Shown: positions 52,807 to 64,000 of the stretch, one piece after another
Layout of the letters: the number at the start of each line of letters is the position of its first letter
Numbering within the stretch: the first letter of the stretch is position 1
From: an uncultured Acidobacteriota bacterium
GTDB taxonomy: Bacteria > Acidobacteriota > Thermoanaerobaculia > Multivoradales > UBA5704
NCBI GenBank assembly: GCA_963770895.1
Contig: CAVYRF010000002.1
Coordinates: 32,001-96,000 of the forward strand
Length of the DNA: 64,000 nucleotides
Direction: 5' to 3'
Notes under the pieces: generated by a model
Database searches by the model: none
What the model was told of the DNA's origin: nothing
What the model saw: the letters and a program-made list of their open reading frames with translations, nothing else
Program-made: the position numbers and the translations under genes

Positions 52807-54222
52807 ATGCCACACGCGCTCGCGGTAGACGACGATCCCAATTTTCTCTCGGCCTTGGTCGATATCATCGAGGGACAGGGGTTTACCACCAATACCGCCT
52901 GCAACTTGCGCGATGCCAGGGCGCAGGTCAGCCATCGCGCGCCGGACGTCGCGCTGGTCGACCTCTATCTGCCCGACGGCAGCGGCATCGATCTGCTCAA
53001 GGACCTCGAAGGCGGCCTCTCCACCGAAGTGGTGCTGATGACCGGCCACTCCGACGTCGAAAGCGCGGTGCAGGCGCTGCGCCTGGGCGCCAGCGACTAC
53101 CTCACCAAGCCGCTCGACATCGGCAGGCTGAAAAACATCCTGGCCAACGTGGTCAGCCTGGGGCCGGGGCACACCTCGGCAGGCGCCGCCACCCCCGCGG
53201 CGCGCGCCGCCGCCGGCACGGCAGCCGCCGCCACCGACTCTGACCGCGACCGCGCCGAGCAAGCCGACGAAGCAGCCCGCGCCGGGCGGCTCGGCCTGCT
53301 GCTCGGCACCTCCGAACCGATGCTGTCGCTCTACGAGATGATGCAGCGGGTGGCGCCGACCGAAGCTACCTGCTTCATCATCGGCGAAAGCGGCACCGGC
53401 AAGGACCTGGCGGCGCAGACCCTGCACCACCTCAGCCGCCGCGCCAAGGCGCCGTTCCTGCCGCTCAACTGCGGCGCCATCTCGCCGACCCTCATCGAAA
53501 GCGAGCTGTTCGGTCACGAGCGCGGCAGCTTCACCGGCGCGCAGCGGCGGCACAAGGGCTACTTCGAGCGCGCCCACGGCGGCACGCTGTTCCTGGACGA
53601 AATCACTGAGATGCCGATCGAGCTGCAGGTGAAGCTGCTGCGCGTGCTCGAAACCGGCACCGTGGCGCGCATCGGCGGCGATCAGCAGGTCGACGTGGAC
53701 GTGCGGGTGATCGCCGCCACCAACCGCGATCCACTGCGCGCGGTGAGCGACGGCAAGCTGCGCGAAGACCTCCTCTACCGGCTGCAGGTGTTCCCGTTGC
53801 AGATGCCGCCGCTGCGCGAACGCAGCGGCGACGTCGAGCTGCTGGCCAATTTCTTCCTGGGCCAGCTCAACGAACGGCAGGGCACCGCCAAGCGCTTCTC
53901 GCCCGACGCCGCGGACCGGCTGGGCGGCCACGCCTGGCCGGGCAACGTGCGCGAGCTGAAAAACGTCGTGCACCGCGCCTTCATCATGGCCGACGAAGAG
54001 ATCACGCCGCGCAGCCTGCCGCGCGAAGTGGGCGGCGAGGCGGGGACCGTCCGCAGCCTCCACTTCCGCGTCGGCGCCTCGATCTCGGACGTCGAGCACC
54101 GCCTGATCATGGCCACCCTCGACGCCTACGCCGGCAATAAACGCAAGACTGCGGAAGTCCTTGGGGTGAGCTTGAAGACGTTGTACAATCGCCTCAACAC
54201 ATACCGCGTCGGTGAGGTCTAG
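52807..54222 (+). CDS. Sigma54-dependent response regulator (NtrC family)
   Basis: Receiver (VDDD, DLYLPD, KP), [30 protein letters not shown], Fis-type HTH. Confidence 0.96.
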   Translation: MPHALAVDDDPNFLSALVDIIEGQGFTTNTACNLRDARAQVSHRAPDVALVDLYLPDGSGIDLLKDLEGGLSTEVVLMTGHSDVESAVQALRLGASDYLTKPLDIGRLKNILANVVSLGPGHTSAGAATPAARAAAGTAAAATDSDRDRAEQADEAARAGRLGLLLGTSEPMLSLYEMMQRVAPTEATCFIIGESGTGKDLAAQTLHHLSRRAKAPFLPLNCGAISPTLIESELFGHERGSFTGAQRRHKGYFERAHGGTLFLDEITEMPIELQVKLLRVLETGTVARIGGDQQVDVDVRVIAATNRDPLRAVSDGKLREDLLYRLQVFPLQMPPLRERSGDVELLANFFLGQLNERQGTAKRFSPDAADRLGGHAWPGNVRELKNVVHRAFIMADEEITPRSLPREVGGEAGTVRSLHFRVGASISDVEHRLIMATLDAYAGNKRKTAEVLGVSLKTLYNRLNTYRVGEV

Positions 54223-54380
54223 GCGGAAACCAGCCAAAGACGCCCTGACGTGAGCGGAGTTGTTGCCCCCCGGATAGCCGGGTTCCCGGCGTCCGCTACA
54301 CCGGCCCCTTGAGGAGCCGAACGGGAGGTTGTATACTTCGCGCTCGTCCGACGACTTAGGATGTCCTGGACGGGAGACTC

Positions 54381-54396
54381 TGGCACAAAACCTGCT
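54381..54396 (+). promoter_or_regulatory. Sigma54 -24/-12 promoter
   Basis: TGGCACAAAACCTGCT with GG-N10-GC spacing. Confidence 0.7.
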
Positions 54397-54472
54397 TTCT
54401 TAGCACCTTGGTGCAAGGTCTTGAGCCGCAGAGCTCAGCCCATCAGGTCAACGCCCTGAGGAGACGGATGCA

Positions 54473-54820
54473 ATGGATGCATGTGGAAGTCAGGAGAGCC
54501 ATAGAAGGATTTTCCATGCGACCGTCCTTTTGCTCCTCGTCTCTGCCAGTTTCGGGGGGGGTCTGCTCGTTGGGTGCAGGACTGCCGAACCGGCGCGCCT
54601 GCAGGCCGACGATGCTTCGATCACTGCCAGGATCAAAGCCCAGCTGGCGACCGATAGCGACATCAACTCGTTCAACCTCGACGTGACCACCAACCGGGGC
54701 GTGGTAACCCTCCAAGGGCGGGTGAAGACCGAGGAAGCCCGCGAGACGGCGGAGCGTTATGCGCGTCAGACGGACGGTGTGCAGCGCGTCGTGAACCTGG
54801 TCAAGGTGGGCGATTCGTAG
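54473..54820 (+). CDS. BON-domain (OsmY-like) lipoprotein
   Basis: LVGC lipobox; DASITARIKAQL, GVVTLQG, GVQRVVN. Confidence 0.88.
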   Translation: MDACGSQESHRRIFHATVLLLLVSASFGGGLLVGCRTAEPARLQADDASITARIKAQLATDSDINSFNLDVTTNRGVVTLQGRVKTEEARETAERYARQTDGVQRVVNLVKVGDS

Positions 54821-54876
54821 TCCCATCGCCCTTTCATCTTCAATCCAGTCACATGTCAGAAGGGAGACAAATTACC

Positions 54877-55134
54877 ATGAAGAAGTCGCTCGCGTTCCTG
54901 TCGTTGACGTGCTTGCTCGTCGGCATGCTCAGCTTGGTCGGCTGCAAGAAGGAGGAGACCACCGAGGAGACCACGACTCCTGCGACCACCTCCGCCCCCG
55001 CCACTGAGACCACCACCACCAGCGACGCCATGGGCACTGGTACCACCACCACGACCACCATGGGTACCGACAACATGGGCACGGCGACCGCCGGCGGCAC
55101 CATGGGTACCGACAACATGGGCACTGGTCACTAA
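54877..55134 (+). CDS. Small Thr/Met-rich lipoprotein
   Basis: MKK..LVGC lipobox; poly-Thr; repeated TMGTDNMGT. Confidence 0.8.
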   Translation: MKKSLAFLSLTCLLVGMLSLVGCKKEETTEETTTPATTSAPATETTTTSDAMGTGTTTTTTMGTDNMGTATAGGTMGTDNMGTGH

Positions 55135-55202
55135 GAAACAGGCATCAGCCACCCAGCAACGCCGGTTTCAGTCCGCGGACTGTTGCTCAAAGCAGGACTC
55201 TG

Positions 55203-55234
55203 AAGGGGCGCACCCACGCGGGGCGCCCCTTTTT
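55203..55234 (+). terminator. Intrinsic terminator
   Basis: AAGGGGCGC...GCGCCCCTT stem followed by a T tract. Confidence 0.8.
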
Positions 55235-55274
55235 GTATTTTGGATTGGGCCCCTGCCCGGCGCGGCGGGCGCGC

Positions 55275-55928
55275 TCAGGCCACCGGGCGGCGGATGTCCA
55301 GGAGAAACCGGGCAACCGCGGCGCGGAACGGGTCGGTCCATTCGTGGCCGCCCTCGAAGATCACCGGCTGGATGTCGATGCCCTTCTGGCGCAGCAGCTC
55401 GACGTCGTGCTCCATCTTGGCCGCGTCGTACCACTCCTCGCTGCGGCCGCGGCCGAGCAGCACCGGCGGGAAGTCTGCCAGATCGCGATCCTCCAGCTCG
55501 GGCGGCACGTCGCCGCCGAGCACCACCAGGCCGTGGCAGGGATGGCCGCAGCCGGCGGCGGCGCGATACGCCATGGCGGCACCCTGTGAAAAACCCAGGT
55601 ACACCAGGCAGGCGTCCGGCGGCAGCTCTTCGCGCAGGGCGGCGATGACCCCCGCGACATAGGCGACGTTGTCGGCGATCGCCTGCTCGCGATTGAAACG
55701 GGTCATCCAGCTGGCGATGACTTCTCCCTGGCGGTTGTAGAACGGGTGCAGCGCCTGCACCGCGCAGAGCGCCCACCTGGCGGCGCCGGGGATGCGCCGC
55801 AGCTGAGCCAGGTGATGTTCGGCGTTCTCGCCGTAGCCGTGGAAACCGATCAGGCATCCGGTCGGCTCGGGCGGCACCTCGAGCAGGTAGTGCCCGTGCA
55901 CACGAGTCGCGATCTGGCGGATTTCCAC
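55275..55928 (-). CDS. Phospholipase/carboxylesterase (alpha/beta hydrolase)
   Basis: FHGYG, GFSQG, FEGGHEW. Confidence 0.88.
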   Translation of the reverse strand: MEIRQIATRVHGHYLLEVPPEPTGCLIGFHGYGENAEHHLAQLRRIPGAARWALCAVQALHPFYNRQGEVIASWMTRFNREQAIADNVAYVAGVIAALREELPPDACLVYLGFSQGAAMAYRAAAGCGHPCHGLVVLGGDVPPELEDRDLADFPPVLLGRGRSEEWYDAAKMEHDVELLRQKGIDIQPVIFEGGHEWTDPFRAAVARFLLDIRRPVA

Positions 55929-56068
55929 CGGCAGAGCCTCCTTGCCATCAAGCGGATCGGGGTGCCGGACACGCGTCCGGCGTCACAAGCGAAGTAACCG
56001 GCGGCGCCAGCCGGCCATTCCCTGCGGCCCGTCGCGCCTGCTCCGCTCAGCCGGCGCGGCCAATCACG

Positions 56069-56919
56069 TCAGCTGGCTCTGCCGGCTCCCAGGCCGCGCC
56101 ACGTGCCGCCGCCGGACGAGCCGCGGCCGTGCAGCGGCGCTGCCAGGTCGCGGATGCGCTCTTCGAGCAGCTGCGGCAGCCTGGGATCGCTCCCCTTCTG
56201 CTCCACCAGCCGCACCAGGGCGCTGCCCACCACCACGGCGTCGGCCACATCGCCGATCGCCGCCACCTGCGCCGGGCTGGAGATGCCGAAGCCGACCGCC
56301 AGGGGGAGGTGAACGCGCCGGCGCAGGCGTTTGACGTCGCGCAGCAGGTCGTCCGGCAGGCTGTCGCGCTCGCCGGTGACGCCGGTGCGCGAGACGTAGT
56401 ACAGGAAGCCCGAGGCGGCCTCCTCCGCCGCGGCCACACGCTCCCGCGTGCTGGTCGGGGCCAGCAGAAACACCGTGTCCACACCGCGCTCGCGCAGCTC
56501 GGGTACCAGCTCGCGCCGCGCCTCCTCGGGCGGCAGGTCGACGCAGAGCACACCGTCGACGCCCGAAGCCGCCGCCTGCTCGGCGAAGCGATCGATGCCG
56601 CGCGCGTACAGTGGGTTGTAGTAGCTGAACAGCACGATCGGCACTCCCAGCCGGTCGCGGTGCCGCGCCACAACCTCCAGAATGCCGCCGAGGGTGACGC
56701 CGGCGGCCAGAGCGCGCGCCGCCGCCCGCTGGTTGACCGGCCCGTCGGCGATGGGATCGCTCCAGGGGACGCCCAGCTCGACGATGTCGGCGCCGCCGGC
56801 AGCCATCGCCTGCAGCTGGTCGGCGGTCGAGCGCAGGTCGGGATCGCCGGCCATCACGAAGGGCACAAAGGCGGCGCGCCGCTCGGCGGCGCAGCGCGCG
56901 AAGACGTCGGCGATCGCGC

Positions 56920-56923
<4 letters not shown>
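56069..56923 (-). CDS. trpA: Tryptophan synthase alpha chain
   Basis: [28 protein letters not shown]. Confidence 0.97.
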
Positions 56924-58630
<1,707 letters not shown>

Positions 58631-58656
<26 letters not shown>

Positions 58657-59290
58657 TGCTTATCTCCTCAAAAAGCTGCCGCAGCAGCTGCGGGTCCTTT
58701 TTGCCGGGAGCCGATTCCACGCGGGAGCATACGTCAACCGCGTACGGCCGGAGCGTCGCGACCGCCTGCCGCACGTTGTGCGGCCCCAGCCCGCCTGCCA
58801 GAAATACGCGCCTGCCGGCTTCGCCGGCCAACACCGCCGCCAGCCGCCCGTAGTCCCACGCCCGGCCGCTGCCGCCGTAGACCGGCGCGCCGCCGCCGAT
58901 CGCGGGGGCGTCGAACAGCACCCCCCAGCAGGATGCGAACGCCGGCGGGACGGCGGCGGGCGATCGCAGCGCCTTGATGGAGCGCCCGGCGTGGGGCGCC
59001 ACCAGAGCCGCCGGCTCGTCGCCGCTGAACTGCAGCAGGTCCAGGTCGGCGGCGTCCTGTGCGGCCTCCAGCTGGGCGGCGGTGGGATGCACGAAGACGC
59101 CGACCACCATGATGCGCGGCGACACCGCGCGCGCCGCGGCGGCAATCTGGCGCGCGCGGGCGGCGTCGACGCAGCGCGGGCTGCCGGGCCAGAAGTTGAG
59201 ACCCAGAAAGCCCGCCCCCAATTCCGCGGCCAGCGCCGCCGACGCCGCATCGGCGACGCCGCAGATCTTGACCGCGACCGGCGGCGTCAT
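58631..59290 (-). CDS. trpF: Phosphoribosylanthranilate isomerase
   Basis: [29 protein letters not shown]. Confidence 0.95.
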
Positions 59291-60225
59291 CGCGCCGTCA
59301 CCCCGTCGCGCTGCCCACCGGCGCCGGCGCCGCCACCGCAAAGCGCGGCCAGAGCGGCGGCGGGATCGGCGGCCAGCAGCAGCGATTCGCCGACCAGCAG
59401 CGCGTCGAAGCCGCTGTCGGCGAGCAGCGCCACGTCCAGGGCATCGCGGATGCCGCTTTCGGCCACCTTGACCGCACCCGGCGGCAGCGCCGGCAGCAGC
59501 GCGATCGAGCGCTCCAGGTCGACCGAGAAATCCCGCAGGTCGCGACTGTTGATGCCGACCAGCTCCCAGGGCTCGCCGGCCAGCTTCGCCACGTCCGCCG
59601 CGTCGTGCGTCTCGACCAGCGGCACCAGGCCCAGCGCGCGCGCCTGGCCGGCCAGCCGCGCCAGGTCGTCGGGTTCGAGCAGCGCCGCGATCAGCAGCAC
59701 GGCGGCGGCGCCGGCGCGCTGCGCCCACAGCAGTTGCAGCGGGTCGACCACAAAATCCTTGGCGACCGCCGGCAGCCCGGCGGCCTCTGCGCAGGCGGTC
59801 AGCAGCTCGTAGCTGCCGTGAAAAAAGTCGGGCTCCACCACCACCGACAGCGCCGCGGCGCCGCCGGCCCCGTAGAGCCGCGCCTGCGCCAGCGGTTCGA
59901 CCCGGCCGTGCAGGGAACCCAGACGCGGCGAGCCCATCTTCACCTCGGCGATGATCGCCGGAAGCGCCGGGGTCGCCGGGAGCTCCAGGGTCTCCGACTC
60001 CTCCAGGAGCGTCGAGGGCAGCGGCGCCGCCGGGGCACCCCTCGAGCCGGCGGCCAGCGCCGCCAGGAAGGTATTGTCGCGCGCCGACACCGGCGGGCCC
60101 TGGCCCAGCCCATCGGCCGCCGCGGCGTCATCGGGCCGGTCGCGCCGCGCCTCCCGCAGGCGCTCGCGGCGGCGCAGGGCGATGCGCCGCAGGATGTCGG
60201 GCACGGCGGCGTCGCCGGCGCTCAC
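59287..60225 (-). CDS. trpC: Indole-3-glycerol-phosphate synthase
   Basis: IIAEVKMGSP, KDFVVDP, GINSRDL, VAESGI. Confidence 0.95.
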   Translation of the reverse strand: MSAGDAAVPDILRRIALRRRERLREARRDRPDDAAAADGLGQGPPVSARDNTFLAALAAGSRGAPAAPLPSTLLEESETLELPATPALPAIIAEVKMGSPRLGSLHGRVEPLAQARLYGAGGAAALSVVVEPDFFHGSYELLTACAEAAGLPAVAKDFVVDPLQLLWAQRAGAAAVLLIAALLEPDDLARLAGQARALGLVPLVETHDAADVAKLAGEPWELVGINSRDLRDFSVDLERSIALLPALPPGAVKVAESGIRDALDVALLADSGFDALLVGESLLLAADPAAALAALCGGGAGAGGQRDGVTAR

Positions 60226-61328
60226 GCCAGGAATCTCACCAGCTGGAAGAGCTTGTCGGCCGCCTCGCCGGACGTCAGCGCCTCGCGTGCCCGCTCGACG
60301 CCCGCGGCCAGGTCGGGGACCAGGCCGGCGACGTAGAGCGCGGCGCCGGCGTTGAACACCGTCACGTCGGCCAACGCCCCGGTGCCGCTCGCCAGCAGCT
60401 CGCGCATCAGGGCGGCGTTGTGGTCGGGGCCGCCGCCGGTCAGCTCGGCCAGGGTGGCGCGCCGCAGGCCGAAAGTTTCGGGCTCCAGGGTGTAGCAGCG
60501 GACCTCCCCCTGGCGCACCTCGCACACTTGGGTCGTGCCGGTGGTGGTGATTTCGTCCAGGCCGTCGTGCCCATGCACCACCAGGGCGTGCTCGCTCCCC
60601 AGCTCGGCCAGCACCCGGCCGATCGGCTCGACCAGCGCCGCGGCGTAGACGCCCATCAGCTGGCGGCGGGCGCCCGCGGGGTTGGTCAGCGGCCCCAGGA
60701 CGTTGAACACGGTGCGCAGCGCCAGCTCGCGCCGCACCGGCATCACCTCGCGCATGCCGGGGTGGAAGTAGGGGGCGAACAGGAAGCAGATCCCCACCTG
60801 TTCCAGGGCGCGGCCGGCGTTGGCCGGGTCCTCGTCGAGCCGCACGCCGAGCGCCGCCAGCACGTCGGCGCTGCCCGAGCGGCTGGACACCGACCGGTTG
60901 CCGTGCTTGGCGACCGGCGCGCCGGCGGCGGCGGCGACCAGCGCCGCGGCGGTCGAAATGTTGAACGTGCCGGCGCCGTCGCCGCCGGTGCCGCAGGTGT
61001 CGACGACCCCCGCGCGGACATGGGGGATGGGCGTCGCGCGCTGCCGCATCGCCGCCGCGGCGCCGGCGATCTCGGAGACCGATTCGCCCTTCATGCGCAG
61101 CGCCACCAGCAGCGCGGCCTTCATCGTGTCGCTCAGCTCGCCGTCGATCATGCGGCCGAACAGCAGCTCGGCTTCCTGGCGGTCCAGGCTCTGCCCCAGG
61201 GTGATGCGGCGCAGCGCATCGCGGGGCTCCTGCTGCGGCGGCACCGGGGAGGGCGCGGCGACCGCGGCGGGAGACGCGGGCTCAGCGGGCCGGGCAGCAG
61301 CGGCGGACGGGTCGGGGTTGTCGGCCAT
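60222..61328 (-). CDS. trpD: Anthranilate phosphoribosyltransferase
   Basis: DTCGTGGDG, NISTA, KHGNRSVSSRSGSAD. Confidence 0.97.
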   Translation of the reverse strand: MADNPDPSAAAARPAEPASPAAVAAPSPVPPQQEPRDALRRITLGQSLDRQEAELLFGRMIDGELSDTMKAALLVALRMKGESVSEIAGAAAAMRQRATPIPHVRAGVVDTCGTGGDGAGTFNISTAAALVAAAAGAPVAKHGNRSVSSRSGSADVLAALGVRLDEDPANAGRALEQVGICFLFAPYFHPGMREVMPVRRELALRTVFNVLGPLTNPAGARRQLMGVYAAALVEPIGRVLAELGSEHALVVHGHDGLDEITTTGTTQVCEVRQGEVRCYTLEPETFGLRRATLAELTGGGPDHNAALMRELLASGTGALADVTVFNAGAALYVAGLVPDLAAGVERAREALTSGEAADKLFQLVRFLA

Positions 61329-61333
61329 GGTGG

Positions 61334-61477
61334 GGGTCTCAGGGTCTCGGGGTCTCGGGGTCTCAGGGTCTCAGGGTCTCGGGGTCTCAGGGCCTCAGGG
61401 TCTCAGGGTCTCGGGGTCTCAGGGTCTCGGGGTCTCAGGGTCTCGGGGTCTCGGGGTCTCAGGGTCTCGGGGTCTCA
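61334..61477. repeat. Tandem octamer GGGTCTC(A/G) x18
   Basis: 18 contiguous units (one GGGCCTCA variant), with degenerate copies to about 61502. Confidence 0.97.
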
Positions 61478-61523
61478 GGGGCTCGCTGGTCTCAGGGGCT
61501 CGGAGGCACAGGGTCGATGGGTC

Positions 61524-62096
61524 TCAGGCGCGGCAGATCGCCAGGAAGTTGGCGATCAGGCCGGGACCGGCGCCGGTCAGGATCGATTCGGGGTGGAACT
61601 GCAAACCGAAGTGAGGCAGCTCGCGATGGCGCAGGCCCATCACCTCGCCGTCGTCCTCGCTCCAGGCGGTGGCCGCCAGCTGCGGCGGCAGCGAATCCTG
61701 GCGCACCGCCAGGCTGTGGTAGCGCGTCGCCTCGAAGGGCTGCGGCAGGCCGGCGAAGATCCCTTCGCCGTCATGCCGCACCATCGAGGTCTTGCCGTGC
61801 ATCGGGCGGGCGGCGCGCTCGACCGTGGCACCGCACGCAACCGCCAGCGCCTGGTGGCCCAGGCAGACGCCCAGCAGCGGCAGCGGCGGCGCGCGGCGGA
61901 TCAGCTGGACGCACAGGCCCGCCGCCTCGGGGCGGCCGGGGCCCGGCGACACCACGATGCCGCGCGGCCGGCGCGCCAGCAGGTCGTCGACCGCCAGCGC
62001 GTCGTTGCGCACCACCTCCACCTGCTCGCCGGCGCCGGCCAGCATCTGCACCAGGTTGAAGGTGAACGAATCGTAGTTGTCGATCACCAGGATCAT
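61524..62096 (-). CDS. trpG: Anthranilate synthase component II
   Basis: IDNYDSFTFNL, SPGPG, GVCLGHQ, QFHPES. Confidence 0.96.
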   Translation of the reverse strand: MILVIDNYDSFTFNLVQMLAGAGEQVEVVRNDALAVDDLLARRPRGIVVSPGPGRPEAAGLCVQLIRRAPPLPLLGVCLGHQALAVACGATVERAARPMHGKTSMVRHDGEGIFAGLPQPFEATRYHSLAVRQDSLPPQLAATAWSEDDGEVMGLRHRELPHFGLQFHPESILTGAGPGLIANFLAICRA

Positions 62097-63544
62097 TGCC
62101 GCTCTCCGCGCTCTTCCAGGGCATCGGCCAGCGCCACCGCCGCCAGCATCGCCGCCGCCTTGCTCTCCGTTTCGCGCTCCTCGGCGGCGGGGTCGGAGTC
62201 GGCGACGATGCCGGCGCCGGCGGTGACCGAGGTCTCAGCCGCACCCACCGTCAGGGTGCGGATGGCGATGCAGGTATCGACGTCGCCGGAATACGAAAGA
62301 TAGCCGATCGCGCCGGCATACGGGCCGCGCGCCTCGGGCTCCAGCGCATCGATGATCTGCATGGCGCGGATCTTCGGCGCTCCCGACACGGTACCCGCCG
62401 GAAAGCACGACAGCAGCACGTCCAGCCCGTCGCGATCGCCGGCCAGGTCCGCCTCGACGCCCGAAACCAGGTGCATGACATGGCTGTAGCGCTCCACCTC
62501 CATGAAGGTGGGCACCCGCACGCTGCCCGGCGCCGCCACCCGCCCCAGGTCGTTGCGCCCCAGGTCCACCAGCATCACGTGCTCGGCGCGCTCCTTGGCG
62601 TCGGCCAGCAGGTCCGCCGCCAGCCGCTGGTCCCCCGCCTCGTCGGCGCCGCGCGGCCGGGTGCCGGCGATCGGACGCGCCGTGAGATGCCGGCCCGTCT
62701 TGCGCACCAGCATCTCGGGCGAGGCGCCGACCAGCGCCACCTCCGGCGCCTCCAGCAGCACCATGTACGGGCTCGGGTTGACCCGCCGCAGCGCCCGGTA
62801 CAGCGGCAGCGGCGCCACCCGCCGCGGCACGCGAAAGCGCCGCGCCAGCACCACCTGGAAGATGTCGCCGGCCGCGATGTGCTCCTTGGCGGTGCCGACC
62901 GCGCGGCGGTAGGCGGCGCCGTCCAGGCCGGCGATCTCGAACTCCGGCGGCCCCGGCGCGGCGGCCGGCATGGCGACGCCGCCGCCGGCGCCGGCCGCGG
63001 TCAGCAGCCGCTCCAGCCGCTCCAGCTCGCGCTCGGCGGCGACGGCGCTGACCTGGTCTTCGATTTCGTTGGCGATCGCCAGCACGCGCTGGTACGCATG
63101 GTCGAAGATCACCAGGTTGTCGAAGCGCGCCAGCAGGGCGATCGGCCAGCCGAACGGATCGGCCGGGCGATCCGGCAAGCGCTCCAGCAGGCGCACCATG
63201 TCGTAGCCGAAATAGCCCACCAGCCCGCCGGTGAACGGCACCGGTCCGGGCGCCGCGGAGACCTCCGCCAGCACCGCGCGCAGCGCCGCCAGCGGCTCGC
63301 CTGCCAGCCGCCGCCGGCGGCCGTCGCGCTCGGCCTCCAGGCGGTCCGGGTACAGCCGCAGCACCTCGCTCGGCCCGGCGCCCAGGAAGCTGAAGCGGGA
63401 CACGCGCTGGCCGCCCGTCACGCTCTCGAACAGAAACCGGCAGCCCGGCGTCTCCGCCGCCAGCCGCCGGTAGGCCGAGAGCGGCGTCAAACTGTCCGCC
63501 AGCAGCTCGCGTACGTGCGGCGTCGCCCGCCGCGGACCGCTCAT
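62093..63544 (-). CDS. trpE: Anthranilate synthase component I
   Basis: GDIFQVV, NPSPYM, EHVMLVDLGRND, GTVSGAPK. Confidence 0.96.
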   Translation of the reverse strand: MSGPRRATPHVRELLADSLTPLSAYRRLAAETPGCRFLFESVTGGQRVSRFSFLGAGPSEVLRLYPDRLEAERDGRRRRLAGEPLAALRAVLAEVSAAPGPVPFTGGLVGYFGYDMVRLLERLPDRPADPFGWPIALLARFDNLVIFDHAYQRVLAIANEIEDQVSAVAAERELERLERLLTAAGAGGGVAMPAAAPGPPEFEIAGLDGAAYRRAVGTAKEHIAAGDIFQVVLARRFRVPRRVAPLPLYRALRRVNPSPYMVLLEAPEVALVGASPEMLVRKTGRHLTARPIAGTRPRGADEAGDQRLAADLLADAKERAEHVMLVDLGRNDLGRVAAPGSVRVPTFMEVERYSHVMHLVSGVEADLAGDRDGLDVLLSCFPAGTVSGAPKIRAMQIIDALEPEARGPYAGAIGYLSYSGDVDTCIAIRTLTVGAAETSVTAGAGIVADSDPAAEERETESKAAAMLAAVALADALEERGERQ

Positions 63545-64000
63545 CGCCCAGGCCTCGCCGCCGCCGGCGCCGGCTGGCTGTCGCCCGCCGCTGCGGCGGG
63601 CGACGAATCATGGCCGTCCGGCGCGGCGCCGGGGGCGGCGCCGAAGTGCCGGCGGGCCAGCTCCGCCGCCAGCTGCGCCGGCTCGACGCCGCTGGCGGCC
63701 AGCAGCACCAGCAGGTGGAACAGCAGATCGCTGCCCTCGGCGACCAGCTCGCCGCGGCGTTCGGGCGCGGCGGCCGCCGCGAGCGCCGCCACCACCACCT
63801 CGACCGCCTCCTCGCCCACCTTTTGCGCCATCCTGTCGGTGCCGGCGGCGAACAGACGCGCCGTGTAGCTCTGCTCCGGATCGGCATGCCGCCGGGCGCC
63901 GATCACCTCCGCCAGCCAGCCCAGCTCCAGCGCCGCGGCGTTCGGCTCGAAGCAGCTGCGGCTGCCGCGGTGGCAGGTCGGCCCGGCGGGACGCGCGCGC
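63541..64000 (-). CDS. hisIE: Bifunctional HisIE (partial, 5' end outside window)
   Basis: GPTCHRGSRSCF, SYTARLF, KVGEEAVE, DLLFHLLV. Confidence 0.93.
   Translation of the reverse strand, partial: RARPAGPTCHRGSRSCFEPNAAALELGWLAEVIGARRHADPEQSYTARLFAAGTDRMAQKVGEEAVEVVVAALAAAAAPERRGELVAEGSDLLFHLLVLLAASGVEPAQLAAELARRHFGAAPGAAPDGHDSSPAAAAGDSQPAPAAARPGR

Noticed and set aside
61334-61477. CRISPR array or BsaI cloning scar (GGTCTC)
   Set aside because: Units are contiguous 8-mers without spacers, no cas genes or vector sequence, and degenerate flanking copies suggest natural expansion

Overview
High-GC bacterial chromosome segment; an ADOP permease, helical/TPR-like proteins, a CHAT protein and the peptide leader style suggest Acidobacteriota, possibly Thermoanaerobaculia (inference). 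In order: exported Bcp peroxiredoxin, VOC enzyme and WYL regulator, YfhO-like protein, a decayed CheR-PAS-kinase-receiver pseudogene, a sigma54-type promoter before xfp plus a complete N-ATPase operon (atpDCQRBEFAG, Na+ motif), TonB-dependent receptor, CHAT protease, CsgG-like protein, a decayed island with TPR fragments and an inverted hicB-hicA-like pair, serine hydrolase and CPBP protease, MsrA, oxalate decarboxylase, an MMPL transporter and enediyne-type thioesterase split by a 165-bp MITE, ligA, yihY, double-domain RNase HI, polX, Spy-like protein, ADOP permease, an orphan double-glycine Cys-rich RiPP precursor, a secreted Cys-rich miniprotein, an M16 peptidase pair, a pseudokinase with a sigma54 activator, and the hisIE-trpEGDCFBA operon with an 18x octamer repeat and a TrpB tail of about 180 aa. 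No rRNA, tRNA or CRISPR seen. All family calls come from motif recognition, not database searches. Best candidates for a new system: the peptide locus at 43.8-51.4 kb and the orphan enediyne-type thioesterase/MMPL pair.
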